Positions 62,216-64,000 of a stretch of DNA of 64,000 nucleotides are shown here, piece by piece. The stretch is from Lama glama. Its lineage: Eukaryota. Location of the stretch: positions 60,140,001-60,204,000 of the forward strand of contig CM052828.1 of NCBI GenBank assembly GCA_028534125.1, in the 5' to 3' direction. Under the pieces are notes generated by a model. It ran no database searches, was not told the DNA's origin, and saw nothing but the letters and a program-made list of their open reading frames with translations. A program made the position numbers and the translations under genes. Position 1 is the first letter of the stretch. Each line of letters opens with the position of its first letter.

Positions 62216-63564
62216 CTGCCGCCATTGTATGCGGTGCTCCTTCTCGCTCCCAGCTGGGCCTGTAGGAGCGCTTTGCAGGGTTCTGATGCAGACTCTTTCT
62301 CCAAGGTTACTGGGGGTGCGTCTGTGGTCTCCCCGCCCGGCTAATGTTTTGCCTAAGGCACCACAGGTGCTTCCTCACCTGCGGGTTCATTAGAAGCAGC
62401 ACCTTTCTATAAGCAGACCAAGGGCTTAGTTCGCATGGAAAACAGTGTGAAAACCAGACAAAACGAAATGCCCTCTTCTTCCTTCTTCTTAGCACGGGTG
62501 CTCTCCTGAGGGCATCCCCATCGGTGTGTCTGTTGGGGAGGTCTCAGCCCGGCCCACGAAGCCAGTGGGCCGGGGTCTGTGACTGCAGTCCTTGCAGACT
62601 GGCCGGCGCGGGGCTGACATGCACCCGGCCACCTTGCTTAGGCAGAATTAAAGGCAGAAGCGATTCAGTTAGGGCTCAGCTGAGCTGTGCTGTGTGGCAC
62701 TGAGACCAGGTCCTGCCTCTGACTCATAGGCAGTGGTGACAAATGCTCACACCGGAGCGGGGACGAGCCCGAGTGGTCTCCCCTGCCCCTGCCTGCCGCC
62801 CGTTGCCTGTGACTTCAGAACAGAAGGGAGGAGCGCAGGCTCATCACAACATGCAGACATGACTATAGTGACGCTTCGTTTTTATCGTATTCCCCCTTAC
62901 CACTCTGTTGGCAGGATGTGCCCACGGAGCCTTCCAACTGCCCCCTTCCGCCTGCCGCCCCGACCCCTTCCTTGCACCAGGCCTGCAGCCTGTATTTCCC
63001 AGCCCCCTCCCCGTGGACCAAGTTCTACACTTGTTTCGGTGCCCCCAGCGCCTGGCCCTGCGCCTCCACACCCCGGACCCTCAGCAGATGCTCCTGAGCG
63101 AATGTGGGATGAGTGACCATGTGGGCCTAAGCCTCAGGGGCGCTGGTCTCTGTGTCGCTAGAGGTGGTGCGTTTTCTGTTGCTTCGACGTCACTTGCCCA
63201 TCACCCTGGGCCCTCTTCTCTCCATTCCCCGTCTCCTTTTTCAGAAAAACACTCATGACTCCTGAGTGATCTTAATGAGTTGCTTGGCGCTGGCCGGGAC
63301 TCCAGATCATATAGGAGCTGGCCAGCGGTCCAGGGTGTGGCCCCTCTGTCTGCCCAGGTACCGGGGAGCAGCAAGCCTCTCCCAGCCTTGGAATGAGGCC
63401 TCGAGTAGTAAGACATTATTGACTTTTGCTGAGAACTCACATCAGACGTATTGATCTGAAAACTAAATGTTGACCAGTGACAGGCTGTGGTCAATATTTC
63501 ACCTTGAAGGACAGCACGCTTGGATGGTTTGCAGAAATATGTATTCTTCCATACATTTTGAAGG

Positions 63565-64000
63565 TATTTTTTTTATTGAAGTGTAGTTGATTTACAATGT
63601 TGTGTTAGTTTCTGGTGTACAGCACAGTGATTCAGTTATACATATGTATATGTATTCTTTTTCATATTATTTTTCATTCTAGGCTATTACAAGATATTGA
63701 ATATAGTTCCCTGTGCTATACAGTAAGACCTTGTTGGTTATCTATTTTATATTCGGTGTGTATCTGCTAATCCCCAACTCCCAATTTATCCCTCCCCTTC
63801 CCTTTCCCCTTTGGAAGCCGTTTGTTTTTTATGTCTGTGAGTCTATTTCTATTTTGTAAATAAGGTCATTTGTATCACTTTTTTTAGATTCCACATGTGA
63901 CTATCATATGGTATTTTGTCTTTGTCTCTCTGACTTATTTCATTTAGTACGATCATCTCTAGGTCCATCCCTGTTGCTGCAAATGGCATTATTTTATTCT
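63565..64000 (-). mobile_element. L1 3' end (cetartiodactyl type), runs off the window
   Basis: ttttattgaagtgtagttgatttacaatgttgtgttagtttctggtgtacag...ttagattccacat...tctctaggtccatcc.tgttgctgcaaatggcatt. Confidence 0.95.

Noticed and set aside
1-64000. Naming the host locus or gene
   Set aside because: The architecture suggests a developmental-regulator neighbourhood, but I recognised no diagnostic exon; a BLAST of the CNE-like blocks is required

Overview
Mammalian non-coding genomic DNA, GC- and CpG-rich, from a draft assembly with a 140-N gap at 46667-46806. The young L1 3' ends are of cetartiodactyl type and one resembles camelid L1 tails as I recall them; I saw no Alu, Bov-tA/Bov-A2 or PRE-1 SINEs, so a camelid is my tentative assignment. 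I recognise no host protein-coding gene. The ORF track is explained by GC-rich chance ORFs, minisatellite frames and one L1 ORF2 C-terminal remnant (58135-58416). The window contains many old interspersed repeats (L1M, L2, MIR, MaLR MLT1, MER20, MER5, MER94), three minisatellites, two strong CpG islands (~16.6-17.3 kb and ~52.1-53.7 kb) and a series of AT-rich, motif-dense unique blocks that look like conserved non-coding enhancers of a developmental locus or large intron. The most notable observations are: a ~50-bp periodic GC-box/MRE/YY1 cassette array in the 52-kb island, a nested fold-back at 26272-26414, minisatellites that multimerise AP-1, E-box/ETS and BMP-SMAD-like motifs, and two co-oriented CTCF motifs. 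Repeat subfamily names come from recalled consensus sequences, their boundaries are approximate, and all functional claims are untested inference.
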